Positions 25,101 to 32,000 of a DNA stretch of 32,000 nucleotides are shown piece by piece (position 1 is the stretch's first letter; each line of letters opens with the position of its first letter). The position numbers were made by a program, and so were the translations under genes. The DNA is from Xanthomonas campestris pv. campestris str. ATCC 33913. GTDB lineage: Bacteria; Pseudomonadota; Gammaproteobacteria; Xanthomonadales; Xanthomonadaceae. The notes beneath the pieces were generated by a model. The model ran no database searches, was not told the DNA's origin, and worked only from the letters and a program-made list of their open reading frames with translations. Location of the stretch: the NCBI RefSeq assembly GCF_000007145.1, contig NC_003902.1, positions 5,044,188 through 5,076,187 on the forward strand. Reading direction: 5' to 3'.

Positions 25101-25187
25101 CGTGATGTGATCAGCCCGAACTACTTGAACGATGGCAATTACCAGACACCGCGCTCGTTCCGGCTGACGGCACGCTACGACTTCTGA
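22143..25187 (+). CDS. Oar-like TonB-dependent receptor with N-terminal carboxypeptidase-regulatory-like domain
   Basis: 1014 aa with a strong SD (AGGAGAGAGAGGA) and a signal peptide ending VQAQS. The N-terminal beta-sandwich-like region is GSTIAIQSPQTGVSRSITAGADGRFTFSQLPPGKYVITADG. It has a plug (GSSVAENGYYINGFDVTN, IKTGGYGAEYGRSLGGIVSIVTKSG) and the C-terminal barrel end RSFRLTARYDF. Confidence 0.9.
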   Translation: MTRPGVRSVLCRNIKRSALSLALGMCVVGGVQAQSAVGSIFGSGQPGSTIAIQSPQTGVSRSITAGADGRFTFSQLPPGKYVITADGVTREVDVKVGSGSQVLLGSDAKTLDRVEVVGVQAFNPIDVSSVESTTVFTAEQMVSLPVASDVSSVALLAPGAVRGDSGLGAGNLASFGGSSVAENGYYINGFDVTNMRTFLSFANIPFQGIGQLQIKTGGYGAEYGRSLGGIVSIVTKSGSNDWHYGASVEWAPDWGAAAAKNVRERDPDASDPLYQYRSDDQFDSTIYSAYASGPIIKDRLFFFAMVEGRQETEDNFYALTSRRVSDTTPQGLVKLDWYINDSNLVEFTGIYNQAKTKYRTYEYDTDANGDNRYNVGRHEVPIEQYEMENGGKVGILKYTGYFTDNFTVSAQYGYLSNLIDSRLPANPAGGECPWAYSFGLTTSVIDRYIGCNPGTITTIADLDAEPDEDVRKAFRVDGEWVLGEHRLRFGVDQEKYESSHRGQTYAGGINWAYYTVPGNAVATGAFAGQPGRTVNGQLVPRGALYARSRVYQTSSSSYENTNSAFYLEDNWQVTENFLAVLGLRGEKFENKNGDGIAWIESDYKMAPRLGFSWDVLGDASLKLFGTAGRYYIPVATNSSIRATGAESTVSNWYFVNGWSEADGTPVGQGAQIGQTQANGSLTAPNPASVASTNLSPMYQDEVILGGQLQLTENWMAGVRMIRREVKSGMDDTCTTNPWIDWAADNGYPDFDPGSVPSCYFLNPGSDVTLNVDLNGDGEVELATLPASYLGLPEYRRLHTALEFFWERTGEKFNFQGSYTFARTRGNVEGYVNSTLEQEDAGLTQDFDHRLFTDGTYGPTPNDRQHTLKLFGAYNLTPEWQFGGNLVLQSGRPINCQGYIPLDDIPQPDQGNLSGYSGSSFYCLNAEGTRELRQRGDEGRTPWTWTFDLAAAYIPNWADNKLRIKLDVFNLFNNDRVTEYNEFSEASRDVISPNYLNDGNYQTPRSFRLTARYDF

Positions 25188-25214
25188 GCGTGCGCATGAT
25201 GAAGTGACCACAGC

Positions 25215-25242
25215 ATCCGGCCTCGCAAGAGGCCGGATTTTT
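25215..25242 (+). terminator. Rho-independent terminator of the Oar-like TBDR gene
   Basis: atccggcctc gcaa gaggccggat followed by tttt, 28 nt after the stop. Confidence 0.8.
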
Positions 25243-25278
25243 CATGGGTGGCGCATGAGCGAGGTCGCGGCCACCGCA

Positions 25279-26619
25279 TTACTTCCCGATACAAAAACTC
25301 GAAAAGATCTTGCCGAGTAGATCGTCCGCGCTGAGCTTGCCGGTGATTTCGCCGAGGGCTTCATGCGCCAGGCGCAGTTCTTCGGCGGCCAGTTCGAGCT
25401 GCTCGTAGCGCAGCTCCAGATCTGCGGCGTCGGCATGTTGTTCGGCGCGGTGCAATGCATCGACATGCCGCGTGCGCGCTGAAAATTCGCCATCCACGCT
25501 TTCTATGCCATCGCCCAGCGCCAGTTCGCGCAGGCGGGTGTGCAGGTGCTCCAGCCCCTGCCCGGTCACCGCAGACACCGCGATCGCATCGGCGTCCATT
25601 GGCCCAGCCACAGCCAGCAGGTCGCATTTGTTGTGGATCCACAACCGGCGCGGTACCGCATCAATGGCATCGCCGAGGGCATCGCGCGCGGCCTGCGGGT
25701 CACGTGCATCCAGCACGATCAGCGCCAGGTCGGCACGCTGCAGTTCGGCGCGCGCGCGGCGCATGCCTTCGCGCTCGATTGCATCGCCGCCCTCGCGCAG
25801 GCCTGCGGTATCGACCAGGGTCAGTTCGAATCCATCGAGCTGGATCGCTTCATGCAAGGTATCGCGCGTGGTACCGGCAACATCGGTCACGATCGCCCGA
25901 TCACTGCCGGCCAAGGCATTGAGCAAGGAACTCTTGCCGGCGTTGGGCGGACCGATGAGTACTGCGTGCAAACCATCGCGCAACTTGCGTCCACGTTCGG
26001 CATCGCGCAACAGCTGCGCAAGCAATGCGCGCGTGCGGGTGAGCTCCTCGCGCACCTGCGCGCCGCCCAGTGTGTCGAGGGGCTCGTCGGCAAAGTCGAT
26101 CGCCGCTTCCACATGGATGCGCAACCGCGTGAGGCTCTCACTCACCGCATCCACGCGCCGCGAGAACACACCGTCGAGCGATCTGCGCGCCGCACGCGCT
26201 GCGCGCAGATCGCCGGCGGCGATCAGGTCGGCAATCGCTTCGGCCTGTGCCAGGTCGAGTTTGCCGTTGAGGAAGGCCCGCTCGCTGAACTCACCCGCAC
26301 GCGCCTGGCGTGCACCCAGCGCGATGCAGCGGGCCACCAATTGCCGTAGCAGCACCGGGCTGCCGTGGCCCTGCAGCTCCACCACCTCTTCGCCGGTGAA
26401 GCTGTGCGGCGCGGGGAACCACACCGCGATGCCGTCATCGATCACCTCGCCCTGCGCATCACGAAAGCGCGCGTAACGCGCATGCCGCGATTGCAGTCCG
26501 GCGATGCCCAGCGCGGCGGCGATCTGTACAGACTGCGGGCCGGACAGCCGCACGATACCGATACCGCCAGTTCCGGCAGCAGTGGCGATGGCAACGATGG
26601 TGGAAGGCAAAGCATTCAT
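25279..26619 (-). CDS. mnmE: tRNA uridine-5-carboxymethylaminomethyl modification GTPase MnmE (TrmE/ThdF)
   Basis: Track ORF is 25279..26760. I prefer ATG 26619 ([27 protein letters not shown]...). The G-domain motifs [18 protein letters not shown] and NKCD are present, as is the C-terminal FCIGK. Confidence 0.95.
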   Translation of the reverse strand: MNALPSTIVAIATAAGTGGIGIVRLSGPQSVQIAAALGIAGLQSRHARYARFRDAQGEVIDDGIAVWFPAPHSFTGEEVVELQGHGSPVLLRQLVARCIALGARQARAGEFSERAFLNGKLDLAQAEAIADLIAAGDLRAARAARRSLDGVFSRRVDAVSESLTRLRIHVEAAIDFADEPLDTLGGAQVREELTRTRALLAQLLRDAERGRKLRDGLHAVLIGPPNAGKSSLLNALAGSDRAIVTDVAGTTRDTLHEAIQLDGFELTLVDTAGLREGGDAIEREGMRRARAELQRADLALIVLDARDPQAARDALGDAIDAVPRRLWIHNKCDLLAVAGPMDADAIAVSAVTGQGLEHLHTRLRELALGDGIESVDGEFSARTRHVDALHRAEQHADAADLELRYEQLELAAEELRLAHEALGEITGKLSADDLLGKIFSSFCIGK

Positions 26620-26641
26620 GCGATGAGAGAACGAAGAGAAA

Positions 26642-29344
26642 TCACAGGGTCTGCAACTGTGCGCGTGCCTGCTCGGCACCGGCACCTTGCGGCTGCAGGG
26701 CGAGATAGGTGGTGTAGGCCTTGCGTGCCTTCTCGCGATCGCCTGCCTTGGCATAGGCATCGCCGAGGTTGAGATAGGCCACCGCGCGCGAGGGATCGAT
26801 CTTCAAGGTGTTTTCCAGCCAGCGTGCGGCTTCGGCATAGCGCTCCTGGCGGTAGTACACAAACCCCAGGTTATTGGCAGCCAATGCAAAGTCCGGCCGT
26901 AGCTTCAGGGCTTCGGCGAACTGCTCGGCGGCATCGGCGTAGCGTTTTTCCTTGTACAGCTGCAAACCACGTTCGTTGGCCAATTGCGCACGCTGCCGGT
27001 CGCTGCTCTTCACCGCGGTCGGCAGCACCAACGTGGCTTCGCCGCCCTGCAAGGTCTTGACCGTCACCGGCGCCGCGTTTGCCGGTACGCCGGCACTGAC
27101 CGCAGCCGGGCGCACCGCATCCACGCGGCCATTGAGCGCGATCGCGGCCGCCGACAACTGCGCGGTATCGGCGGTGAGGAATTCTTCGCCACTCGGCACC
27201 TGGAACACAAACTCACCGCCCTGCGATCCCGGCAGGCTGCCGAATGCCGGCGTCTGTGCCGACACCGCAGACACGGCCGGCGCGACATACGCGGCCAGCT
27301 CGGTTCCGGTGATCAAGCCATCGCCATTGAGATCGCCCTTGCCGGCCAGCGCCTGCAACACCACCCAGGTGAACACCGAATGCCCGTTCGGGCCACTGTC
27401 GGCCACCTGTTGATCGGCGCCGCCGGCGGTGAGCATCTGGCGCGCGATACGGCGGGCGTTCTCACGCAGGTAGGCGCTGGAACTTGGGCCGCCACGGGTC
27501 AATCCCAAACCGCTGTAGCAGGCATCCATCACGAACAGCACGTGCTTGGCCTGCAGGCTTTCGGCGATGTTCTGCAGGTCGCTCATGGCGATCGCGTCAT
27601 TGGCCAGATGCTCCGGGTCCGAATCCACCGGGATGATGTAGCCCAGGTCGCGCCCGGAGGCGAGCCGGCGCGTGGCGCCATGCCCGGCGAAGAACACGAA
27701 CACGCGGTCGTTGGTCTGCGCGCGTCCATCGCCGAGCCGGTCGTGGAACGCGGCCAGGATGTTGTTGCGGGTGGCTTCGGCATTCTTGAGCACGATCACC
27801 TGCGACGACGGAAACCCCAACGGGCCGGTCAAGGTGTTGGCAATCGCCTGCGCATCGTTGGCGGCGTATTCGAGCTTGGGCCAGCGCGCGTAGTCGTCGA
27901 TGCCGATCACGATCGCCCACGACTTGGCATAACCGGTGGTCACCGTTGCGGCCGCTGTCGCGCTGGGTGCGCGTGCCACCGAGAAATCGCGCCCGTTCCA
28001 GCCGGCAAACTGGTAGCCATCGGCAATCAGGCGATCCAGGATCTGCGGCAACGCTTTTACGGCGCGGTCGTGGATATCGTGGAACAGCACGATGCCGCGC
28101 TGTTCCTTGTTCACCTGGTCGAGCACGCGCTGCACGATCGATTCCGGCACCGGGTCGGCCCAGTCCATTGAATCGATGTTCCACATGATCGATTTCAGGC
28201 CCGCTTCGCCGAGCAATTGCAGCCCTTCGGCATTGCGTGCGCCATATGGAAACCGAAACAGCGGCGCGCGCTTGTCGTCCACCGCACGCAACAGCGTGTC
28301 GGTATCCAGCACCTGGCTGCGCAAGGCCGCACCGGTGGTCTTGGATAGCTGTGCATGGGTGAGGCTGTGATTGCCCACCGCATAGCCTTCTTCCATCAGG
28401 CTGTGGCTGATCTTGGCCAGCGGCGCCAGGGTCGGCTTGCCTTGCGCATCCAGGTTGCCCAGATTGCGCCCCACTTCGAAGAACACGCCGGGCACGTCGT
28501 AGCGTTTGAGGATGGCCACGATCTCTTCGGTATAGGCCTTGTGCGGGCCATCGTCGAAGGTCAGCACCACGGTCTTGGGCGGCAGGTCGCGGCCGAAGAT
28601 CTCGCTCTCGCTGTCGCGCGCGGAGAACGGATACGGCTCCACCACGCCGTGGTCGCGCAGGATCTTTTCGCGCGTGTACAGCGTGCGCAGATGCGCCACG
28701 TAGTCGTCCCATTTCTCGCGCTTGGGCGTGATGGCGCGGCTGCGATCGAAGCGGCTGAAGATCTGGGTCAGCTCGGTGTTGTAGGTGCGCTCGATTTCAT
28801 CCAGCGCCTCCAGGTCTTCGCCGATGCGCTGGTGCAGTTTCACCGCCGGCAATGCCGAATCGCGGCCAATACGCGCGTGCAAATCGCGCAGCACTTCGCG
28901 AAAGGCCAGACGATCGGCATCGTAGAGATCGGGCGCCGACTCGACGTCGTCCAGCACCGTGGCAAGGGTGGCAAAGCGGGTGGACGCCTTGGAGGCCAGC
29001 ACGGTCTCGAATCGTGCAGCAATACGCTCGCGCTGCTCCAGGTTCTCATGGAACAACTGCTGGCCCACGCTGCTGGAGGTGGCACGGTCGCGCGGCGATT
29101 GCGCGGCCTCATCGGCCAGCAACACGATGATGCGGCGATGCCGGTCCAGCTGTTCGCGCAACTGCGCGATCAGGACGCGCGCATCTTCGGCAGCGGGATC
29201 GTTTTGCGCGGCCGGCGTGGCGGATGCGGCCGGCTTGGCAGCCTCCTGCCCATCGCGCCCGTCCTGCGGTTTGCCGCAGCCAGCCAGCAGCAACAGCCCC
29301 AGACAACTGGCGCACAGCAACAGGCGGTGCAGCGGCAAAGACAT
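26642..29344 (-). CDS. Multidomain lipoprotein: NodB/CE4 polysaccharide deacetylase, caspase-like peptidase C14, EF-hand loop and TPR repeats
   Basis: Track ORF is 26642..30175, but its first 277 codons overlap yidC out of frame. I start at ATG 29344 ([23 protein letters not shown], lipobox LAGC), preceded by AAGGA. Motifs: TFDDG, HSLTH, RFPYG, LFHD (CE4); FFAGHG and VMDACYSG (C14 His/Cys); [12 protein letters not shown] (EF-hand loop); three C-terminal TPRs. Confidence 0.9.
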   Translation of the reverse strand: MSLPLHRLLLCASCLGLLLLAGCGKPQDGRDGQEAAKPAASATPAAQNDPAAEDARVLIAQLREQLDRHRRIIVLLADEAAQSPRDRATSSSVGQQLFHENLEQRERIAARFETVLASKASTRFATLATVLDDVESAPDLYDADRLAFREVLRDLHARIGRDSALPAVKLHQRIGEDLEALDEIERTYNTELTQIFSRFDRSRAITPKREKWDDYVAHLRTLYTREKILRDHGVVEPYPFSARDSESEIFGRDLPPKTVVLTFDDGPHKAYTEEIVAILKRYDVPGVFFEVGRNLGNLDAQGKPTLAPLAKISHSLMEEGYAVGNHSLTHAQLSKTTGAALRSQVLDTDTLLRAVDDKRAPLFRFPYGARNAEGLQLLGEAGLKSIMWNIDSMDWADPVPESIVQRVLDQVNKEQRGIVLFHDIHDRAVKALPQILDRLIADGYQFAGWNGRDFSVARAPSATAAATVTTGYAKSWAIVIGIDDYARWPKLEYAANDAQAIANTLTGPLGFPSSQVIVLKNAEATRNNILAAFHDRLGDGRAQTNDRVFVFFAGHGATRRLASGRDLGYIIPVDSDPEHLANDAIAMSDLQNIAESLQAKHVLFVMDACYSGLGLTRGGPSSSAYLRENARRIARQMLTAGGADQQVADSGPNGHSVFTWVVLQALAGKGDLNGDGLITGTELAAYVAPAVSAVSAQTPAFGSLPGSQGGEFVFQVPSGEEFLTADTAQLSAAAIALNGRVDAVRPAAVSAGVPANAAPVTVKTLQGGEATLVLPTAVKSSDRQRAQLANERGLQLYKEKRYADAAEQFAEALKLRPDFALAANNLGFVYYRQERYAEAARWLENTLKIDPSRAVAYLNLGDAYAKAGDREKARKAYTTYLALQPQGAGAEQARAQLQTL

Positions 29345-29404
29345 CACGAACGCATCCTTGGCAATGGTCAGCACGTGCGGTGGTGCACTGCGGGGGCACA
29401 TGTA

Positions 29405-29426
29405 CAAAGCCCGCCTTGCGGCGGGC
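29405..29426 (-). terminator. Terminator/attenuator-like hairpin right after yidC
   Basis: The minus strand reads GCCCGCC gcaa GGCGGGC followed by TTTGT, 10 nt after the yidC stop and about 60 nt before the lipoprotein ATG. Confidence 0.5.
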
Positions 29427-29436
29427 CTTGTTCCAC

Positions 29437-31158
29437 TTACTTGGCGTTGGCCTGGATGATCTTGCTCGGCTTCTCGCCGTGCTGGCGGATCATCCACCAC
29501 TGGATCAGCAGACCCAGGCCACCGTTGACCACCCAGTACAGCACCAGGCCGGCCGGCATGAAGGCCATCATGACGCCGAACACCAGCGGCATGAACTGCA
29601 TCATCTTGGCCTGCATCGGGTCCATGCCCGGGGTCGGGGTCAGCTTCTGCGTCGCCCACATGATGGCGATGTTGAGCACCGGCAGGATGAAGTACGGATC
29701 GCGCGCGGTCAGGTCCTGGATCCAGCCCAGCCACGGCGCCTGGCGCAGTTCCACCGATTCCACCAACACCCAGTACAGCGCGAAGAAGATCGGCATCTGG
29801 ATCAGCAGCGGCAGGCAGCCACCCATCGGGTTGATCTTTTCCTTCTTGAACAGCTCCATCGTCGCCTGCTGGTACTTCTGGCGGTCGTCGCCGTAGCGCT
29901 CCTTCAACTGCGCCAGGCGCGGCTGGAAGCGGCGCATCTTGGCACCGGACTTGTACTGCGCGGCCGACAGCGGATACAGCGCCAGGCGCAACAGCACCAC
30001 CAGGCCAATGATCGCCCAGCCCCAGTTGTGCAGGAAGCTGTGCAGATGGCTCAGCACCCAGAACAGGCCCTGGCCGATGATGGCCATGATCGAGAAGCGG
30101 CTGTAGTCGACCACGCGGTCCAGGCCCTTCACGTCTTCCTTGGCGAGCAGGCTGACCAGCTTCGGGCCCACCCACAGGCGCGCCTCGGTGCTGGCACTCT
30201 GGCCCGGTGCCACGGTGAAGGCTGGGCCACGCAGCTCGGCCACGTCACGCGGGCCATCCTGCGCCAACACGTACAGCGAGGCCTGGTCCTTCTGCGGGAT
30301 CCACGCGGTGAAGAAGTGATGCTGCAGCAGGGCCACCCAGCCGCCGGTGATCTGGCGATTCAGGCCACCGTCGTCCATGTAGTCCTTGAACGCCCGGCGC
30401 TCATACCCTTCCTGCGGGCTGTACCAGGTCGCGCCGTTGAAGCTGAAGGAATCCGGGTTGGTCATGCCGCGGCTGAGGATGGTCGGCACCCGGCTCAGCT
30501 TGCGGAACACATAGCCATTCCACGCCGCATCGCTCTTGTTGATCACCTCATCCTTGATCGAGATCGCGTAGCTGCCGCGCTGCAAGGTGAAAATGCGGCG
30601 GATCGACACGCCATTGGGGCCGTTCCACACGAACGGCACTACCAGGGTGTTCTGGCCCTTGGCCAGCTCAAACGTGGTGCCCGGCTGCTCGGCACGGAAA
30701 CCGCCCACGCCCGGCACCGGCGAGCGCTCGCTGGCCCAGCCGCTGGTGGCGTTATACGGATGCGCGGCGTCTTCGGTCAGCAACTTGACCGGCTCGGTGC
30801 CGTCCTTGGTCTGCGGGAACTGCAACAGCTCGGCGTCGAGCACGCTGCGGCCGTCCAGCTTCAGGCGCAGCACGTCCGAGGTCAGGGTGATTGCCGGCGC
30901 GGCACCGGTAGTAGCCGGCGTGGCCGTGGTGGTGCTGGTCGCCGGCACCGCGGCAGGGCTGCCGGCTTGCGGAATTGCCTGTGCCGACGGCACGTTCGCC
31001 GCGGGGGCCGCGGCGTCCGGATCGCGCGCCGCCGGGACCGCCTGCGAGGCGATCGGCGTCGGCGCATTGGCGGCCGCCTTGTCCTTGCCCCACTCCATCC
31101 ACAGCAGTGCCGCGACCATCAGCCAGGCAAAAATCAGGAAAACACGGGTCTGGTTCAT
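29437..31158 (-). CDS. yidC: Membrane protein insertase YidC
   Basis: 573 aa. It begins [23 protein letters not shown], has a large periplasmic domain, and carries a C-terminal core with [39 protein letters not shown] and [12 protein letters not shown]. Confidence 0.95.
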   Translation of the reverse strand: MNQTRVFLIFAWLMVAALLWMEWGKDKAAANAPTPIASQAVPAARDPDAAAPAANVPSAQAIPQAGSPAAVPATSTTTATPATTGAAPAITLTSDVLRLKLDGRSVLDAELLQFPQTKDGTEPVKLLTEDAAHPYNATSGWASERSPVPGVGGFRAEQPGTTFELAKGQNTLVVPFVWNGPNGVSIRRIFTLQRGSYAISIKDEVINKSDAAWNGYVFRKLSRVPTILSRGMTNPDSFSFNGATWYSPQEGYERRAFKDYMDDGGLNRQITGGWVALLQHHFFTAWIPQKDQASLYVLAQDGPRDVAELRGPAFTVAPGQSASTEARLWVGPKLVSLLAKEDVKGLDRVVDYSRFSIMAIIGQGLFWVLSHLHSFLHNWGWAIIGLVVLLRLALYPLSAAQYKSGAKMRRFQPRLAQLKERYGDDRQKYQQATMELFKKEKINPMGGCLPLLIQMPIFFALYWVLVESVELRQAPWLGWIQDLTARDPYFILPVLNIAIMWATQKLTPTPGMDPMQAKMMQFMPLVFGVMMAFMPAGLVLYWVVNGGLGLLIQWWMIRQHGEKPSKIIQANAK

Positions 31159-31173
31159 CGGGCAGCAACTCGC

Positions 31174-31620
31174 TCAGTCGGAACGGGGGTCCGGCTCTGT
31201 CGGGGAAAGGGAGGATGGGCGCGGTGCCCTGGCGGGCGGCATTGTGCCGGGCGCGGCAGGCAGGGGCAATGCGCCGGCACGGCGCAGCAGACGCACGAAG
31301 GCGTCGCGGATCTGTGGATTGGTCGCTTTGGCGGCCGCCGAACGGGCCACGATGACGTAGTCACCGCCGGCAAGCTCCGGCAGCAGGTGGCGCATGGCAT
31401 CGCGCAGGACCCGCTTGATTCGGTTGCGTCCCACCGCACGCGTATCGACCTTGCGCGATACCGCCATGCCCAGGCGCGGCGGCGTCTCGCCACTGCGCCA
31501 GTGCAGGCTCAGCAACGGGTCCGAGGTGCGGCGCGCGGTATCGAAGACGACCGTATATTGCGCACGCGTACGAACCCGCGCAGAGCGAGGAAATCGCCTG
31601 CACGGGTTCGATGCGTTCAC
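31174..31620 (-). CDS. rnpA: Ribonuclease P protein component
   Basis: The track ORF starts at TTG 31662, overlapping the rpmH stop. I prefer GTG 31620, which places [18 protein letters not shown] at the position typical of RnpA N-termini. The RNR-like motif [16 protein letters not shown] is present. The Pro-rich C-terminal tail of about 30 aa is unusual. Confidence 0.85.
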   Translation of the reverse strand: MNASNPCRRFPRSARVRTRAQYTVVFDTARRTSDPLLSLHWRSGETPPRLGMAVSRKVDTRAVGRNRIKRVLRDAMRHLLPELAGGDYVIVARSAAAKATNPQIRDAFVRLLRRAGALPLPAAPGTMPPARAPRPSSLSPTEPDPRSD

Positions 31621-31658
31621 TGAAGGGATTGCCTCGGCCGCAGGGAGCGGCGCGGCAA

Positions 31659-31799
31659 TCAAGCGCTCAGGCGCTTGCGGCCCTTGGCGCGGCGGCGAGC
31701 CAGGATCTTGCGGCCGTCGGCGGTTGCCATACGTGCGCGGAAGCCATGGTCGCGTGCTCGCTTCAGGTTGCTGGGTTGGAAAGTACGCTTGGTGGCCAT
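31659..31799 (-). CDS. rpmH: 50S ribosomal protein L34
   Basis: Below the track's size cutoff. Reverse-complement translation from ATG 31799 reads [46 protein letters not shown], which is canonical L34. Confidence 0.95.
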
Positions 31800-31838
31800 G
31801 GGGCCCTCTGCATGGATGGAGACGAATAGAACCGGAAA

Positions 31839-31867
31839 TTCTATAGGAGCTGTTGGGGCCGGGTCAA
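31839..31867 (-). promoter_or_regulatory. Sigma70-like promoter for rpmH-rnpA
   Basis: The minus strand reads TTGACC (31867..31862), then 16-18 nt, then TATAGAAT (containing TATAGA and TAGAAT), about 40 nt upstream of the rpmH ATG. Confidence 0.55.
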
Positions 31868-31907
31868 CTCCCTGCTGGCTTTACCGCAAGTGACGGTGTG
31901 CATGGCC

Positions 31908-31928
31908 TGTGGATGGACCTGTGAATAA
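31908..31928. promoter_or_regulatory. Two DnaA-box-like 9-mers
   Basis: TGTGGATGG (31908..31916) has 2 mismatches and TGTGAATAA (31920..31928) has 1 mismatch to TGTGGATAA, the complement of TTATCCACA. They lie in the region that normally separates rpmH from dnaA. Confidence 0.45.
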
Positions 31929-32000
31929 CCCTGGGAAAACCCTGCCCCGGGTGCTAGTCTGGTCCATCCTCTTTTCATGACCGGGCTGCGAGCACGGCGC

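Noticed and set aside
29345-30175. N-terminal 277 codons of track ORF 26642..30175 (1177 aa), which would overlap yidC
   Set aside because: This part is out of frame with the clearly genuine yidC and has G/P/A/R-rich junk composition. A textbook lipoprotein signal ([23 protein letters not shown]) with an AAGGA SD starts at 29344, just downstream of the yidC stop and hairpin.
31155-31603. Alternative-frame ORFs overlapping rnpA (31155..31493 and 31361..31603), examined as possible yidD
   Set aside because: Neither contains the YidD signature (CRF.P.CS.Y, GG.DPVP). Both are Arg/Pro/Cys-rich overlap artefacts. I conclude yidD is absent from this interval.
29224-31623. Very long antisense ORFs, e.g. 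29224..31623(+) 799 aa. Others are 5236..6570(+), 6365..7840(+), 7852..9465(+), 12257..13843(+), 13816..14817(-), 18058..19161(+), 19264..20274(+), 22128..23375(-), 1946..2971(+) and 10276..11364(-)
   Set aside because: Each lies opposite a gene with unmistakable family motifs. Their translations are R/A/G/P/H-rich with no recognisable domains, which is typical stop-codon-poor antisense frames in ~65% GC DNA.

Overview
High-GC (about 65% by eye) chromosomal segment that looks Xanthomonas-like to me, based on gene content, very high GC3 and GTAG-type REP palindromes (GTAGGAGCGCGCTTGCGCGCGA...). No database search was possible, so all family names rest on motifs read from the translations. The right end is the origin-proximal cluster rpmH-rnpA-yidC-[900-aa lipoprotein]-mnmE on the minus strand. 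Beyond it lie a sigma70-like rpmH promoter and DnaA-box-like sites. I support 21 protein-coding genes plus one doubtful ORF. Two genes are missing from the supplied ORF track: a 3'-truncated TonB-dependent receptor at 1..1061(-) and rpmH at 31659..31799(-). Most long track ORFs antisense to these genes are high-GC artefacts. Many real ORFs carry spurious N-terminal extensions, so I re-picked their starts. Left to right the window holds: a partial TBDR; a DUF2628-like membrane protein; a GAF-PAS-PAS-GGDEF cyclase; a sugar-acid module (CdaR-type regulator, glycerate kinase, ACS-family MFS); an M19 dipeptidase; a secreted HExxH(+E) metalloprotease-like protein with a beta-helix-like tail; a small membrane protein; rlmI; a yybP-ykoY Mn2+ riboswitch with TerC; a rhomboid protease; a probable PhoB-controlled phosphate-scavenging locus (glpQ, TBDR, divergent class-A acid phosphatase, Pho-box-like repeats in the shared promoter region); a lower-GC stretch with an Oar-like TBDR; and the mnmE/yidC cluster. 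The most noteworthy items are: (1) a predicted outer-membrane lipoprotein fusing a CE4/NodB deacetylase, a caspase-like C14 protease with an intact His/Cys dyad, an EF-hand loop and TPR repeats, sitting between yidC and mnmE; (2) a G-quadruplex-capable GGGAWTC-type heptad repeat found three times, always G-rich on the sense strand at or just after a stop codon, and once absorbed into a coding tail; (3) the Pho-box arrays; (4) several REP/MITE-like palindromic elements, including a REP-bounded duplication of the glpQ 3' end.
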